Shown here: in pieces, positions 37,053 through 45,581 of the stretch
How positions within the stretch are numbered: the stretch's first letter is position 1
Layout of the letters: every line of letters begins with the position of its first letter
Virus record (IMG/VR): IMGVR_UViG_3300028797_000096
Coordinates: 141,860-205,859 of that record
Strand: one strand, 5' to 3'
DNA length: 64,000 nucleotides
Source of the DNA: a virus
Lineage: Duplodnaviria > Heunggongvirae > Uroviricota > Caudoviricetes
The notes under the pieces: generated by a model
What the model saw: only the letters and a program-made list of their open reading frames with translations
The model's database searches: none
What the model was told of the DNA's origin: nothing
Translations under genes and position numbers: made by a program

Positions 37053-38288
37053 TTAATCCTTTTTATAAGTACTTGCTTTTGCTAAATTTTTTACCGCTTC
37101 ATCAAAAGTAGGCTGAAAATCTTCTACAATTTGATTTATAGTTAAAGAACTATCATAAGAAATACGAACTGCACTATTTGCATAAGTATCTAAAATATCT
37201 TCACTTTGTACACCTAAATTTTTATAATAATTCTTAATTACTTCACTTCCCGATAAGTTTTCTTCGCTACATGCACTTCCAGTTGAAATACATATTTTAT
37301 TACCTAAAGCACTAACTAAACTTTCACCTTCAATACCTAAAATTGAAAAATTAATAATATAAGGCGAATATTCATCTGTATTTTTAGAAGTAAATAATAA
37401 TTCTACTGCTTTATTATATTTATTTACTATTTCTGGAATAATTTGATAAAAAGCGGTTTTAATAATTTGAGCTTTAGTATAATTATTATTAAGGTTATTC
37501 ATATGATCTTCAATAAGTTTATTTAATAAATATACAAATGTTGGATTTTCTGTACCCGATCTTAATCCATTTTGTTGCATACCACCTTTAATCAATGGAT
37601 TTTTTTGAATATACTTCTCTACTATTCCTTTTTTATAAATTAATCCACCGAAACTTTTAAAAAATCCAATTTTATGAGCAGAAAATGAATAGCAATCAAT
37701 ATCTGTCATATCATAAGGAATTTTACAAAAGCCTTGAGTAAAATCTAAATGTACAACAATTTCAGCATCTGGAAATTTAGAATGAACGTATTCTTTTGCT
37801 GATAGTACTTTATCTACTGGAATAATTAGACCTGTTTCATTATTTACTGCAATAATAGATATTAAAATACGTGTATAAGAAATAAGTATACCATCTAAAT
37901 ATGTTGGTGTATTTGTAATAATATCAAATAAATTAATTTGAATCCAACGAGTAATACCATTACTAACAACACAAGCACTAGAAGCGGCTTTAACTGCATG
38001 ATGTTCAAGATCTGTTGTAATAATTAGTTCAGGATTAAAAGAATAAAAAATGGTATTAATCGATTCTGTTGCACCAGAAGTAAATAAAATATTCCAATCT
38101 TCATTATGATTTAAACATTGTAAAATATTTAATTTACTCTTTTCTATTGCTTGATATGCTTTTTCACCTTCTTTATGAAAAGAAGCAGGATTACCAAAAA
38201 TATTTATAGCATCATAATAATTTCTACTAACAATATTAGAAACAGGTGCAGTTGCTGCATAATCTAGATATAATACTTCATCTTCCAT
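37053..38288 (-). CDS. iscS: Cysteine desulfurase (IscS/NifS)
   Basis: YLDYAAT, GNPAS, FTSGATES, NNETG, HLDFTQ, SAHK (PLP Lys), RSGTEN, STGSACS (catalytic Cys). Confidence 0.95.
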   Translation of the reverse strand: MEDEVLYLDYAATAPVSNIVSRNYYDAINIFGNPASFHKEGEKAYQAIEKSKLNILQCLNHNEDWNILFTSGATESINTIFYSFNPELIITTDLEHHAVKAASSACVVSNGITRWIQINLFDIITNTPTYLDGILISYTRILISIIAVNNETGLIIPVDKVLSAKEYVHSKFPDAEIVVHLDFTQGFCKIPYDMTDIDCYSFSAHKIGFFKSFGGLIYKKGIVEKYIQKNPLIKGGMQQNGLRSGTENPTFVYLLNKLIEDHMNNLNNNYTKAQIIKTAFYQIIPEIVNKYNKAVELLFTSKNTDEYSPYIINFSILGIEGESLVSALGNKICISTGSACSEENLSGSEVIKNYYKNLGVQSEDILDTYANSAVRISYDSSLTINQIVEDFQPTFDEAVKNLAKASTYKKD

Positions 38289-38366
38289 AATACTTTTACT
38301 CCTTCATTAAAAAATTATATAACTTTTTTAATAAAAGATACAGACGTTTTTTTCCAATTCCAAAAT

Positions 38367-38391
38367 AAAAAGAGCCTAATAAATAGGCTCT
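38367..38391 (-). terminator. Terminator after clpP
   Basis: gagccta-ataaa-taggctc with an A run on the left (T run on the minus strand). Confidence 0.7.
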
Positions 38392-38415
38392 CAGACAACA
38401 AGAACAAACAATTTT

Positions 38416-39003
38416 TTATTTTTTAACTTTTTTAACTTCATCACAACCACCATATTTTTTCCATTCAGTGGCAGTTAACCAATAATCTCTATCACAATCC
38501 TTCTTTAATTTATCTATAGGTTGATCTAATCTTTTAGATAAATATTCAAAGATTTCTTCATTGGTTTGTTTAGCTTGATTCATATAAATTTCCATATCTT
38601 GAACTTTACCTTGTGCTTGACTTGCTACTGTATGTAACATAATTTTAGCATGTGGTAAAGCATAACGCATACCTTTTTCTCCAGATACTGCAATTACAGT
38701 AGCCATACTAGCAACATCACCCTGTACAATAGTAGATATTGGACATTTAATATCATTCATTGTATCAATAATTGACCAACCGGCCGAAACTGAACCACCG
38801 GGACTTTGGATTAACATTTTAATTGGTTTTTCTTTATCTTCTGATTCCAAATAACGTAATTGTGCTACTATTTCCATAGCCATCTCATCTTCAATTTCAC
38901 CTTGAAGAATAATAATACGATCTTTAGCCAAACGAGTAGCTAAATTAATAAAACTATCATTACCCTTGGAATCTGTCCAAACAACACCAGGTATACCTAA
39001 CAT
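38416..39003 (-). CDS. clpP: ClpP protease proteolytic subunit
   Basis: RLAKDRII, QSPGGSV, ASMA (Ser), IMLH (His), DRDYWLTA (Asp). Confidence 0.95.
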   Translation of the reverse strand: MLGIPGVVWTDSKGNDSFINLATRLAKDRIIILQGEIEDEMAMEIVAQLRYLESEDKEKPIKMLIQSPGGSVSAGWSIIDTMNDIKCPISTIVQGDVASMATVIAVSGEKGMRYALPHAKIMLHTVASQAQGKVQDMEIYMNQAKQTNEEIFEYLSKRLDQPIDKLKKDCDRDYWLTATEWKKYGGCDEVKKVKK

Positions 39004-39037
39004 ATATAAACTCCTTAATTTAAGTTAATTTATATTA

Positions 39038-39068
39038 ATTATATATGTATTTTAATACAATGTAAAGC
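39038..39068 (-). promoter_or_regulatory. Sigma70-type (early) promoter
   Basis: Minus strand GC-TTTACA-N17-TATAAT upstream of clpP. Confidence 0.72.
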
Positions 39069-39070
39069 AG

Positions 39071-40396
39071 TTATTTATAAAATTCACCGACTTCATTTAA
39101 TAATGATACAATAACAGATGTAATTTCTTGCTGATCACCTTGTTTTAATAAAATACTAGCAATTACTTTACCTAGGGTATTACTCATTTCTTCAGTAAAA
39201 CCACGAGTTGTAATAGCAGGTGTACCTAATCTAATACCTGTACATTCTGAAGGTTTAGTATCTCCGGTAATCATATTTTTATTACAAATAATATGGTTTG
39301 CTGTCAATAAATCTTCAGCTTCTTTACCTGTAATTCCTGCACCTTTAACATCGAGTAATATCATGTGATTTTCAGTATCAGCACCACTAACAAAACGTAA
39401 TTTATGTTCAGTATCTTCTTCTTCAATACCTTTAACTAATGCTTTTATATTAGTATGTACTTGATTAATATAATCTTTAAATTCAGGCTGTAATGCTTCA
39501 ATAAACGCTTGAGCTTTGGCTGCTACTGCTGCTTGATTAGTACCACCTGCATTAGCTGGAAATACGGCTTGATTAATTTTCTTACAATAATCTGGATTAT
39601 TCCATAAAATAATTGCAGAACGCGGGCCTCTTAAAGTTTTATGAGTAGTTGTAGTTACCACATCTGACCATTGTGTTGGATCATATTTATCTTCCCATAC
39701 ATGAGCAGCAATAAATCCACTAAAATGAGCCATGTCAGTCCAAAGAATACATTTTTTAGATTCATACTCTTTTTCTTCTTCTTCTGGTGGAAATCCCATA
39801 CAATGCTTAATGTTTAATAATAATTCTTTATTATATTCATCAACTATTTCACGTACTTTTTGAAAATCAATCTTTTTTGAATATGCAGAATAGCCCATAA
39901 TTAACAATCTTGGGCATACATCATATAATTTAGATTTTATTTCATCATAATCAATTCTTTCATTAATTAATTCATAGTTATGATTTTCATAAAAACGACC
40001 AGAATGTGTAAATTTACTTCCATGAGTTAAATGCGCTAATTCATTAAGATTACCTGATAAGGTACGATCTCCTGGTTTACAAAAAGCATAATATACACAA
40101 GTATTAGCATGTGATCCAGACATTGGTTGTACATTAGCAAATTTAACTCTAAACAATTCACATGCTTTAACAATACAATATTCTTCTAATTCATCAATAA
40201 CTTCACAACCAGCATAATGACGACCTTGTTTAGATACAGATAAAGGATAACCTTCTGTATAAGGTACAGAACAAGCAGAACCCATTAAATCTAATATATC
40301 TTGAGATGGATAATTCTCAGATGCAATAAGTACTAATTCACTATTTAATTTATCTTTTTCTTTATTAACAATTTGATTTAATGTTTTGTCTATCAT
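39071..40396 (-). CDS. glyA: Serine hydroxymethyltransferase
   Basis: LIASEN, EGYP, NVQP.SGS, HLTHG, DMAH, TTTHKTLRGPR (PLP Lys), NKN, RLGTPAITTRG. Confidence 0.97.
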   Translation of the reverse strand: MIDKTLNQIVNKEKDKLNSELVLIASENYPSQDILDLMGSACSVPYTEGYPLSVSKQGRHYAGCEVIDELEEYCIVKACELFRVKFANVQPMSGSHANTCVYYAFCKPGDRTLSGNLNELAHLTHGSKFTHSGRFYENHNYELINERIDYDEIKSKLYDVCPRLLIMGYSAYSKKIDFQKVREIVDEYNKELLLNIKHCMGFPPEEEEKEYESKKCILWTDMAHFSGFIAAHVWEDKYDPTQWSDVVTTTTHKTLRGPRSAIILWNNPDYCKKINQAVFPANAGGTNQAAVAAKAQAFIEALQPEFKDYINQVHTNIKALVKGIEEEDTEHKLRFVSGADTENHMILLDVKGAGITGKEAEDLLTANHIICNKNMITGDTKPSECTGIRLGTPAITTRGFTEEMSNTLGKVIASILLKQGDQQEITSVIVSLLNEVGEFYK

Positions 40397-40418
40397 TAAT
40401 TACTCCTTTTTAGAGAAT

Positions 40419-40495
40419 TGGCACTCCCTGAGGAATTCGAATCCCCAACCTGCAGATTAGAAATCTGATGCTCTATCCGATTGAGCTAAGGGAGC
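40419..40495 (-). tRNA. tRNA-Arg (anticodon UCU) with encoded CCA
   Basis: Minus strand GCTCCCTTAGCTCAATCGGATAGAGCATCAGATTTCTAATCTGCAGGTTGGGGATTCGAATTCCTCAGGGAGTGCCA folds as a cloverleaf; anticodon loop TT-TCT-AA. Confidence 0.95.
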
Positions 40496-40496
40496 A

Positions 40497-40706
40497 TTAT
40501 TTCTGTGTTTGCAATGGTTGACCTAAAAACTTTGCTTTTAATTCATTTAATTTACTATAAAAATAACTCCAAGCATCTTCTTGCAAATTAAAATCGATTG
40601 GTCTCCATTTTCCATTATCATTAAAATTTACTATCCATCCTGCTTTATTTGTTGCTTGTATTGGTAATGCTATATATCCTTTAAGCTGATCTACTACCGT
40701 ATTCAT
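40497..40706 (-). CDS. Hypothetical protein
   Basis: 69-aa ORF with AAGGA SD; stop abuts the tRNA 5' end. Confidence 0.55.
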   Translation of the reverse strand: MNTVVDQLKGYIALPIQATNKAGWIVNFNDNGKWRPIDFNLQEDAWSYFYSKLNELKAKFLGQPLQTQK

Positions 40707-40774
40707 TTTCTTTCCTTATCATACTATAGAATTAAACATTAGTAAAATAAAAATTAGAAAAATTTTCTGTTTAT

Positions 40775-40809
40775 AAAAAAATTCCCCAGAATTAACTGGG
40801 GAAAATTTT
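40775..40809. terminator. Terminator after the CofE-like gene
   Basis: ttccccag-aattaa-ctggggaa flanked by A and T runs. Confidence 0.75.
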
Positions 40810-41906
40810 TAATCATTGGACATATTGTCAAAATAGCCTTGGACATATATAAACGGTGTCCCTTTATCACCCGATCCTGAAGTAAGATCCATTAACGAAC
40901 CTAATAAATCAGTATATCTACGCGGTGTCGTACCTTGACTCATCATATTGCCTTTCAAGTTAGAACTTTTATTTTTAATTTCTTCTTTGATAGCCGTATT
41001 TAATTCTTCACCATGTAAATCTTTATACTTTTCATCAGCAAAGTTTTTAATTTTAATTTCATTTGGAGTACCTTGTAATCCCATAGTTGAGGCAGGACTT
41101 ACTACTGGATCAGCAAATTCCCAAATTCCACCAACAGGATCTTTGAAACAGCCATCTCCATAAATCATAACCTCAATCAGTTTTCCAGTTGCATCTTTAA
41201 TTCTTTGTTGAACTTCTCTAACTAAATTTCTTGAATATTCACCACTTGGAAATAGTTTTAACATTTCTTCAGATGCTTTATTAGAGCCATATAAACCATA
41301 TTCACATTTATTTCTACAAATATATGCTAACGTACAATAACCACCGATATTATTTTTCAATTCTTTTATTTCTTCTTCATTACTCGTTGTAAAATACATT
41401 CTAGCATCTATTACAAATGGATTCTCTTTATAAATAGAAAGTAATTCTTTATTTTTTATATCATCAATAATTTCACACTCTTTACCTTCGCCTTCTACAA
41501 TTGATTTATAATATTCATCATAATTTAATTTAGTAAAAGGATGATTTCTTATTACATTGCCAACTTCATCAACTGGTGGCATAATAATAACTACTTTTTT
41601 ACCAGTTCCTCTAGCAATTGCTTTTAAAATCATAGCAAAACGATTACGGGAATAAATTGGTCTATCTATAATAATAACATCCGCATTATCACTAATTTTT
41701 CTAACTTCTTCTGCTACTTCATCAATAGTAACATAATTACCTTGACATCTAGCAACGATAGATTCTGTAATACCTAATACATCTCTATCTTTAATTTCTA
41801 AACCAGAATTCAAAACCGTATCAACTACAATCTGAATTAAATCATCACCTTGTTTGATAATAGGTGCTCTTAAACCATATGAAGCTGTTCCAATAGTTCT
41901 TACCAT
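40809..41906 (-). CDS. F420-0:gamma-glutamyl ligase (CofE)-like protein
   Basis: LRAPIIKQGDDL..IV, DVLGITESIVARCQGN, SRNRF, DEVGN, GDGCFKDP..GIWEFADP, GTTPRRYTDLLGSLMDLTSGSGDKGTPF resemble the bacterial CofE-like family. Confidence 0.8.
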   Translation of the reverse strand: MVRTIGTASYGLRAPIIKQGDDLIQIVVDTVLNSGLEIKDRDVLGITESIVARCQGNYVTIDEVAEEVRKISDNADVIIIDRPIYSRNRFAMILKAIARGTGKKVVIIMPPVDEVGNVIRNHPFTKLNYDEYYKSIVEGEGKECEIIDDIKNKELLSIYKENPFVIDARMYFTTSNEEEIKELKNNIGGYCTLAYICRNKCEYGLYGSNKASEEMLKLFPSGEYSRNLVREVQQRIKDATGKLIEVMIYGDGCFKDPVGGIWEFADPVVSPASTMGLQGTPNEIKIKNFADEKYKDLHGEELNTAIKEEIKNKSSNLKGNMMSQGTTPRRYTDLLGSLMDLTSGSGDKGTPFIYVQGYFDNMSND

Positions 41907-42415
41907 TTTATTTTACTCCTTTTAAATTTGTTTTTAACTTTCCATTTAAGATTATCTAACTTTATATAGAATCTACCATATAACTTCCATCTACGAATAA
42001 TTTTGTCCATTGCCCAAGTTTCTGCTGCAGAAATAAAATCTGATTCTACATTATTAGATTGTACTTTTTTAAATTTACCATTTTTTTGGCGTTTATAATC
42101 ACAAGTGAAGTCATCATCAAAATTTTCAGGTACAAAATGACTATCTTGATACCAACTCAAAAAACTATTAGGTAACAAATCAGTACCAAAATTCTTAGCT
42201 AATTCAAAGTTACAACGATCTACTATCCATTTGAAATCCATAAAATCTATAGGTAAATAAGTTGTGCGTACAGAACTTTCCCAACCCACAATATCTTCAC
42301 CTAATTTATATGTTTCTCTTACTTTTTTACAGCATCTAAATAAGATGTATCTAGTACAAGCTTTCATATCTCTAATATCATCACGAAGCCAATATGTACT
42401 CATTATACTTGTCAT
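41900..42415 (-). CDS. Hypothetical protein
   Basis: 171-aa ORF overlapping the next start. Confidence 0.55.
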   Translation of the reverse strand: MTSIMSTYWLRDDIRDMKACTRYILFRCCKKVRETYKLGEDIVGWESSVRTTYLPIDFMDFKWIVDRCNFELAKNFGTDLLPNSFLSWYQDSHFVPENFDDDFTCDYKRQKNGKFKKVQSNNVESDFISAAETWAMDKIIRRWKLYGRFYIKLDNLKWKVKNKFKRSKIKW

Positions 42416-42425
42416 TTTTTATCCT

Positions 42426-42719
42426 TTATTTTTTCTTTATAAACAACCATTTAATACCATCGATTAGGTTTTTCCACCATGGTTTTAAAAGCATCATTTC
42501 AAGAATTTCATCTTTTGAATTTTTAACACACAAATGAGAACCATCTTCAAATCTTAATTCAACGTATGAATAGCCTGCTTCTTTATTTGAAATAGGATGA
42601 ATCCAAATAATTTGTGATACATTTATTAAGTAATAATCACCTTCTTCTGGGATATTCCAGAGCATATCTTTTTTATTATATGCTATTTTTATTTCTTTAA
42701 GCATAATAAACTTATTCAT
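42426..42719 (-). CDS. Hypothetical protein
   Basis: 97-aa ORF at the head of the minus-strand block; ATTCTA motif upstream. Confidence 0.55.
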   Translation of the reverse strand: MNKFIMLKEIKIAYNKKDMLWNIPEEGDYYLINVSQIIWIHPISNKEAGYSYVELRFEDGSHLCVKNSKDEILEMMLLKPWWKNLIDGIKWLFIKKK

Positions 42720-42876
42720 GATTTTTTCTCTTTTCTAATATATAGAATAGAAAAAATATCTAAATAAGTAAAATAAATTTTTTAATTTTTTTCTAATCTC
42801 TCTAAAAATAAACTGTTCTAATTAAATAGTATATAAATATTTCTAATTTATTATTTACTTAAAAAGAAGATTAAAA

Positions 42877-43278
42877 ATGGCTATAAAATCCAATCTAGAG
42901 CCAGAAACAAAAGTTGAATTACTTATAAAACTGGCTTTCGGAATTCCATTTGATTTATTAACAGCCGAATATGGATTGTCTAAAAATAAAATAATAAATC
43001 TAAGGAAAAATAACTATAAACTATATAATACTTTTTTTGAACATTGGAAAATTGATAAACAAATTGCAATATTAGGGTTAACACCAAAATATGAAAGAGC
43101 ATTAAATATAGTTAAGAAATTCTATAAAGATAAAGTAACTATTATATCTGAATACAAGATTCTATTTAAAGGAGAATCAAAAGGATTAAATGATATAGTA
43201 GATATGGCAGACGAAATTCTAAGAAAAGATAATATTTGTTGTTTTAAAGAACTAACAGACATTAAAAATTTTTATTAA
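42877..43278 (+). CDS. Putative HTH DNA-binding protein
   Basis: LAFGIPFDLLTAEYGLSKNKIINLRK fits a helix-turn-helix; divergent from the minus block. Confidence 0.5.
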   Translation: MAIKSNLEPETKVELLIKLAFGIPFDLLTAEYGLSKNKIINLRKNNYKLYNTFFEHWKIDKQIAILGLTPKYERALNIVKKFYKDKVTIISEYKILFKGESKGLNDIVDMADEILRKDNICCFKELTDIKNFY

Positions 43279-43289
43279 AAGGAGTAATT

Positions 43290-43460
43290 ATGTCTAATTG
43301 GAAAATTAAAGAGGTTATGGTAGGTTCACTAAATGAATTAAATACCTATATTAAAGAAAATAATATAGCGCCAAGTGATGTATTAAGATACGATACTGTA
43401 TTTGATCATATAAAACAATCTGTACGCTATACTCTTACATATTGGACAATAAAAGATTAA
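43290..43460 (+). CDS. Hypothetical protein (56 aa; not in ORF track)
   Basis: AAGGAG SD. MSNWKIKEVMVGSLNELNTYIKENNIAPSDVLRYDTVFDHIKQSVRYTLTYWTIKD*. Confidence 0.65.
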   Translation: MSNWKIKEVMVGSLNELNTYIKENNIAPSDVLRYDTVFDHIKQSVRYTLTYWTIKD

Positions 43461-43471
43461 AAGGAGTTATA

Positions 43472-43870
43472 ATGATTACTAATACACCAATTGAAATTCC
43501 AGAAGGATTAACTGAACAAGCTTGGGCTGAAAAAACACCTGGTGTATGGATGAATTTAATTGGTCTCGCCGGTAAAAATCCTATTGATAATAAATTTCAC
43601 TTTGCACCAATTAAATATTCTGATACAAATTTAGAAGGTGAAAAAGTTAAATATCCAGATGGGCGTGAAGCTACTGTATTATTTTCTTGTTTGGCTATGG
43701 AATACAAAAATAAGAAAGAAGTACATGATATGTGGTGGGCTAAAGCAAATGAAGCAATTAAATCATTACGCGAACAAGAACAAATTGAAACATATGTTAA
43801 ACAAAATAATATTGATTTGAAAGATTTGCGCAAACAAGGAGCTTTAAACGAAGAAAATGATGCAGAATAA
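43472..43870 (+). CDS. Hypothetical protein
   Basis: Likely ATG at 43472 after AAGGAG (track TTG 43442). Confidence 0.6.
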   Translation: MITNTPIEIPEGLTEQAWAEKTPGVWMNLIGLAGKNPIDNKFHFAPIKYSDTNLEGEKVKYPDGREATVLFSCLAMEYKNKKEVHDMWWAKANEAIKSLREQEQIETYVKQNNIDLKDLRKQGALNEENDAE

Positions 43871-44129
43871 AGTAAAACTCATTTCTGAAGCTTTAAATAT
43901 ACCAGAATCAACAGTATGCTTAGTATTATATTCATATTTAGCCGAAACAGTACAAGAAATTGTTGAAGAAGGTGAAGCAAAGACTTTATTTGGTAAAATA
44001 AAGCTAGATGAAAATAATCAATTGCAATTAGAAAGAAAAAAATTTGGATTAATTGAATTATTAGGTAAAGAAGACATAAAGGAAGTCTATAAAATATGTA
44101 GAGATGGACCAGATTACAGCCTCTTTTAA
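43857..44129 (+). CDS. HU/IHF-like DNA-binding protein (divergent)
   Basis: ISEALNIPESTVCLVL..YLAETVQEIVEEGEAK.LFGKIKL follows the HU helix1-helix2-GxFG pattern; arm truncated. Confidence 0.55.
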   Translation: MMQNKVKLISEALNIPESTVCLVLYSYLAETVQEIVEEGEAKTLFGKIKLDENNQLQLERKKFGLIELLGKEDIKEVYKICRDGPDYSLF

Positions 44130-44397
44130 AGAATTAGATGAATTATATGAAGTAATTGAAGATACTTTTGATACTTGTTCATCTTCTAGAGAAGAATTAT
44201 ATTGGTTAATAGCAATTCTTAAGCTGTTTTTAAATAGTCCAAATAAATATACTAAATTTACATCTGATAATATGCAAATTAACTATTGGATATATTCATT
44301 ATATCCTATAGTAGAAGGATGGAAAACAAAATACCATCATTCTACAGCCAAATATACAAGAATAAAGAGAAAAGTACAAAATGCAGAAAAAGCCTAG
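44104..44397 (+). CDS. Hypothetical protein
   Basis: ORF in the operon. Confidence 0.5.
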   Translation: MDQITASFKELDELYEVIEDTFDTCSSSREELYWLIAILKLFLNSPNKYTKFTSDNMQINYWIYSLYPIVEGWKTKYHHSTAKYTRIKRKVQNAEKA

Positions 44398-44863
44398 AGG
44401 ATATTTTGAAGTTTCAGATGAAGAATATAGCTCTTCTGAGTTTGTATTTACTGCTTTAAGTATGTTAGAATCACGGGGTTATCCAGGTTTCTTTGAATTA
44501 ATGAGCATCGTTCAAGATCCTGCCCTTATAATGAAAATAATTAGACTATTTTATGGTATGACAATTAAAATACCATCAATAAAAGAATTTAAAGAGTGTT
44601 TACAAGCTGCAGAATATACATATCTAGATATGCATAAACATATAAATGTAAATCTTCCTGCTAAAAGTAAAGATATTCGTCAATTTATGAATATTACAGA
44701 AGAAGAAGAGAAGCATTTATTAGAAATTTTTGATGAATGGTGTGTTTTTATGAACAAAAATGGAGCTGATGTAAGAAATTATCTTCATTGTAATAGAAAT
44801 AATACTAAAAAACGAATTGAAATGGCAGTACAAGGTAAAAAATGGACTAGCCGTCATTATTAA
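44381..44863 (+). CDS. Mor-like transcription regulator candidate
   Basis: ELMSIV....IMKIIRLFYGMTIKIPS resembles Mor/C family (L..liG......L...fGG..iYiP). Confidence 0.45.
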   Translation: MQKKPRGYFEVSDEEYSSSEFVFTALSMLESRGYPGFFELMSIVQDPALIMKIIRLFYGMTIKIPSIKEFKECLQAAEYTYLDMHKHINVNLPAKSKDIRQFMNITEEEEKHLLEIFDEWCVFMNKNGADVRNYLHCNRNNTKKRIEMAVQGKKWTSRHY

Positions 44864-44888
44864 TATAATGAAGTAAAGGAAATAAATA

Positions 44889-45581
44889 ATGCCACAAATT
44901 GATGATCAACCAAAAATATGGACTGGTGATGATGTATTTGTAGATGAAATACCTGAAGAAATTCCAGGTACAGATATTGCTACTATTGAAGAACCACCTC
45001 TCCCTTCTTTGGAAGAACAAGAAAGTATCGTTGCGAACAGTAGTTTAAAAGAAGAAAATAAAACTATGCTTGGTGCATTAGTAGAATTGAATAAAACTGC
45101 TGCTATTCTTGCACAAATTCAAAATGATGAAACAATAGAAATGCAGAATAAGGTTATTCAAGCCACTTGTACTAACTTTATTCAATCTCGTATGATGAAT
45201 AATACTACTGCTGAAACTTTAAAAAATAAATTATTATTAAATCTCATTCAAAATATTGATGTATTAGATTTAGAAACTCAAGCTAAGATTTATAATGATT
45301 TAACTGAAGTATCAGCGATCGATGCTCAACAAGCTTTGGCTAAAATGTCAGGTAATTCCGGAAGTATACCTGGAAATAGTGGTCAAGGGGGTATTAATTT
45401 GACTATTAATAATGCTACAGCAGAAGGTGCTTCTATTAATAATCCAAGCCTAAATATTGGTACAGGTTCAGCTCCAGTACAAAATTTAGACACATTAAAC
45501 AATTTAAGTAATGCTATTGATACTTGGAAAAGAGCACCTAAAAAAGTCACACCTATTGATGTAGAAGGCACAAGTAAATAA
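44889..45581 (+). CDS. Possible terminase small subunit
   Basis: Directly upstream of and coupled to terL; helical core with disordered ends. Positional inference only. Confidence 0.35.
   Translation: MPQIDDQPKIWTGDDVFVDEIPEEIPGTDIATIEEPPLPSLEEQESIVANSSLKEENKTMLGALVELNKTAAILAQIQNDETIEMQNKVIQATCTNFIQSRMMNNTTAETLKNKLLLNLIQNIDVLDLETQAKIYNDLTEVSAIDAQQALAKMSGNSGSIPGNSGQGGINLTINNATAEGASINNPSLNIGTGSAPVQNLDTLNNLSNAIDTWKRAPKKVTPIDVEGTSK

Noticed and set aside
37053-38288. Dnd/Ssp phosphorothioation system based on IscS
   Set aside because: No DndC/SspD-like PAPS-reductase or ATPase partners seen. IscU adjacency favours Fe-S assembly.
40419-40495. tRNA as a prophage attachment site or host boundary
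   Set aside because: No integrase or duplicated tRNA 3' end. Phage-style promoters and composition continue on both sides, so glyA, clpP, iscS and recA appear phage-borne rather than flanking host DNA.
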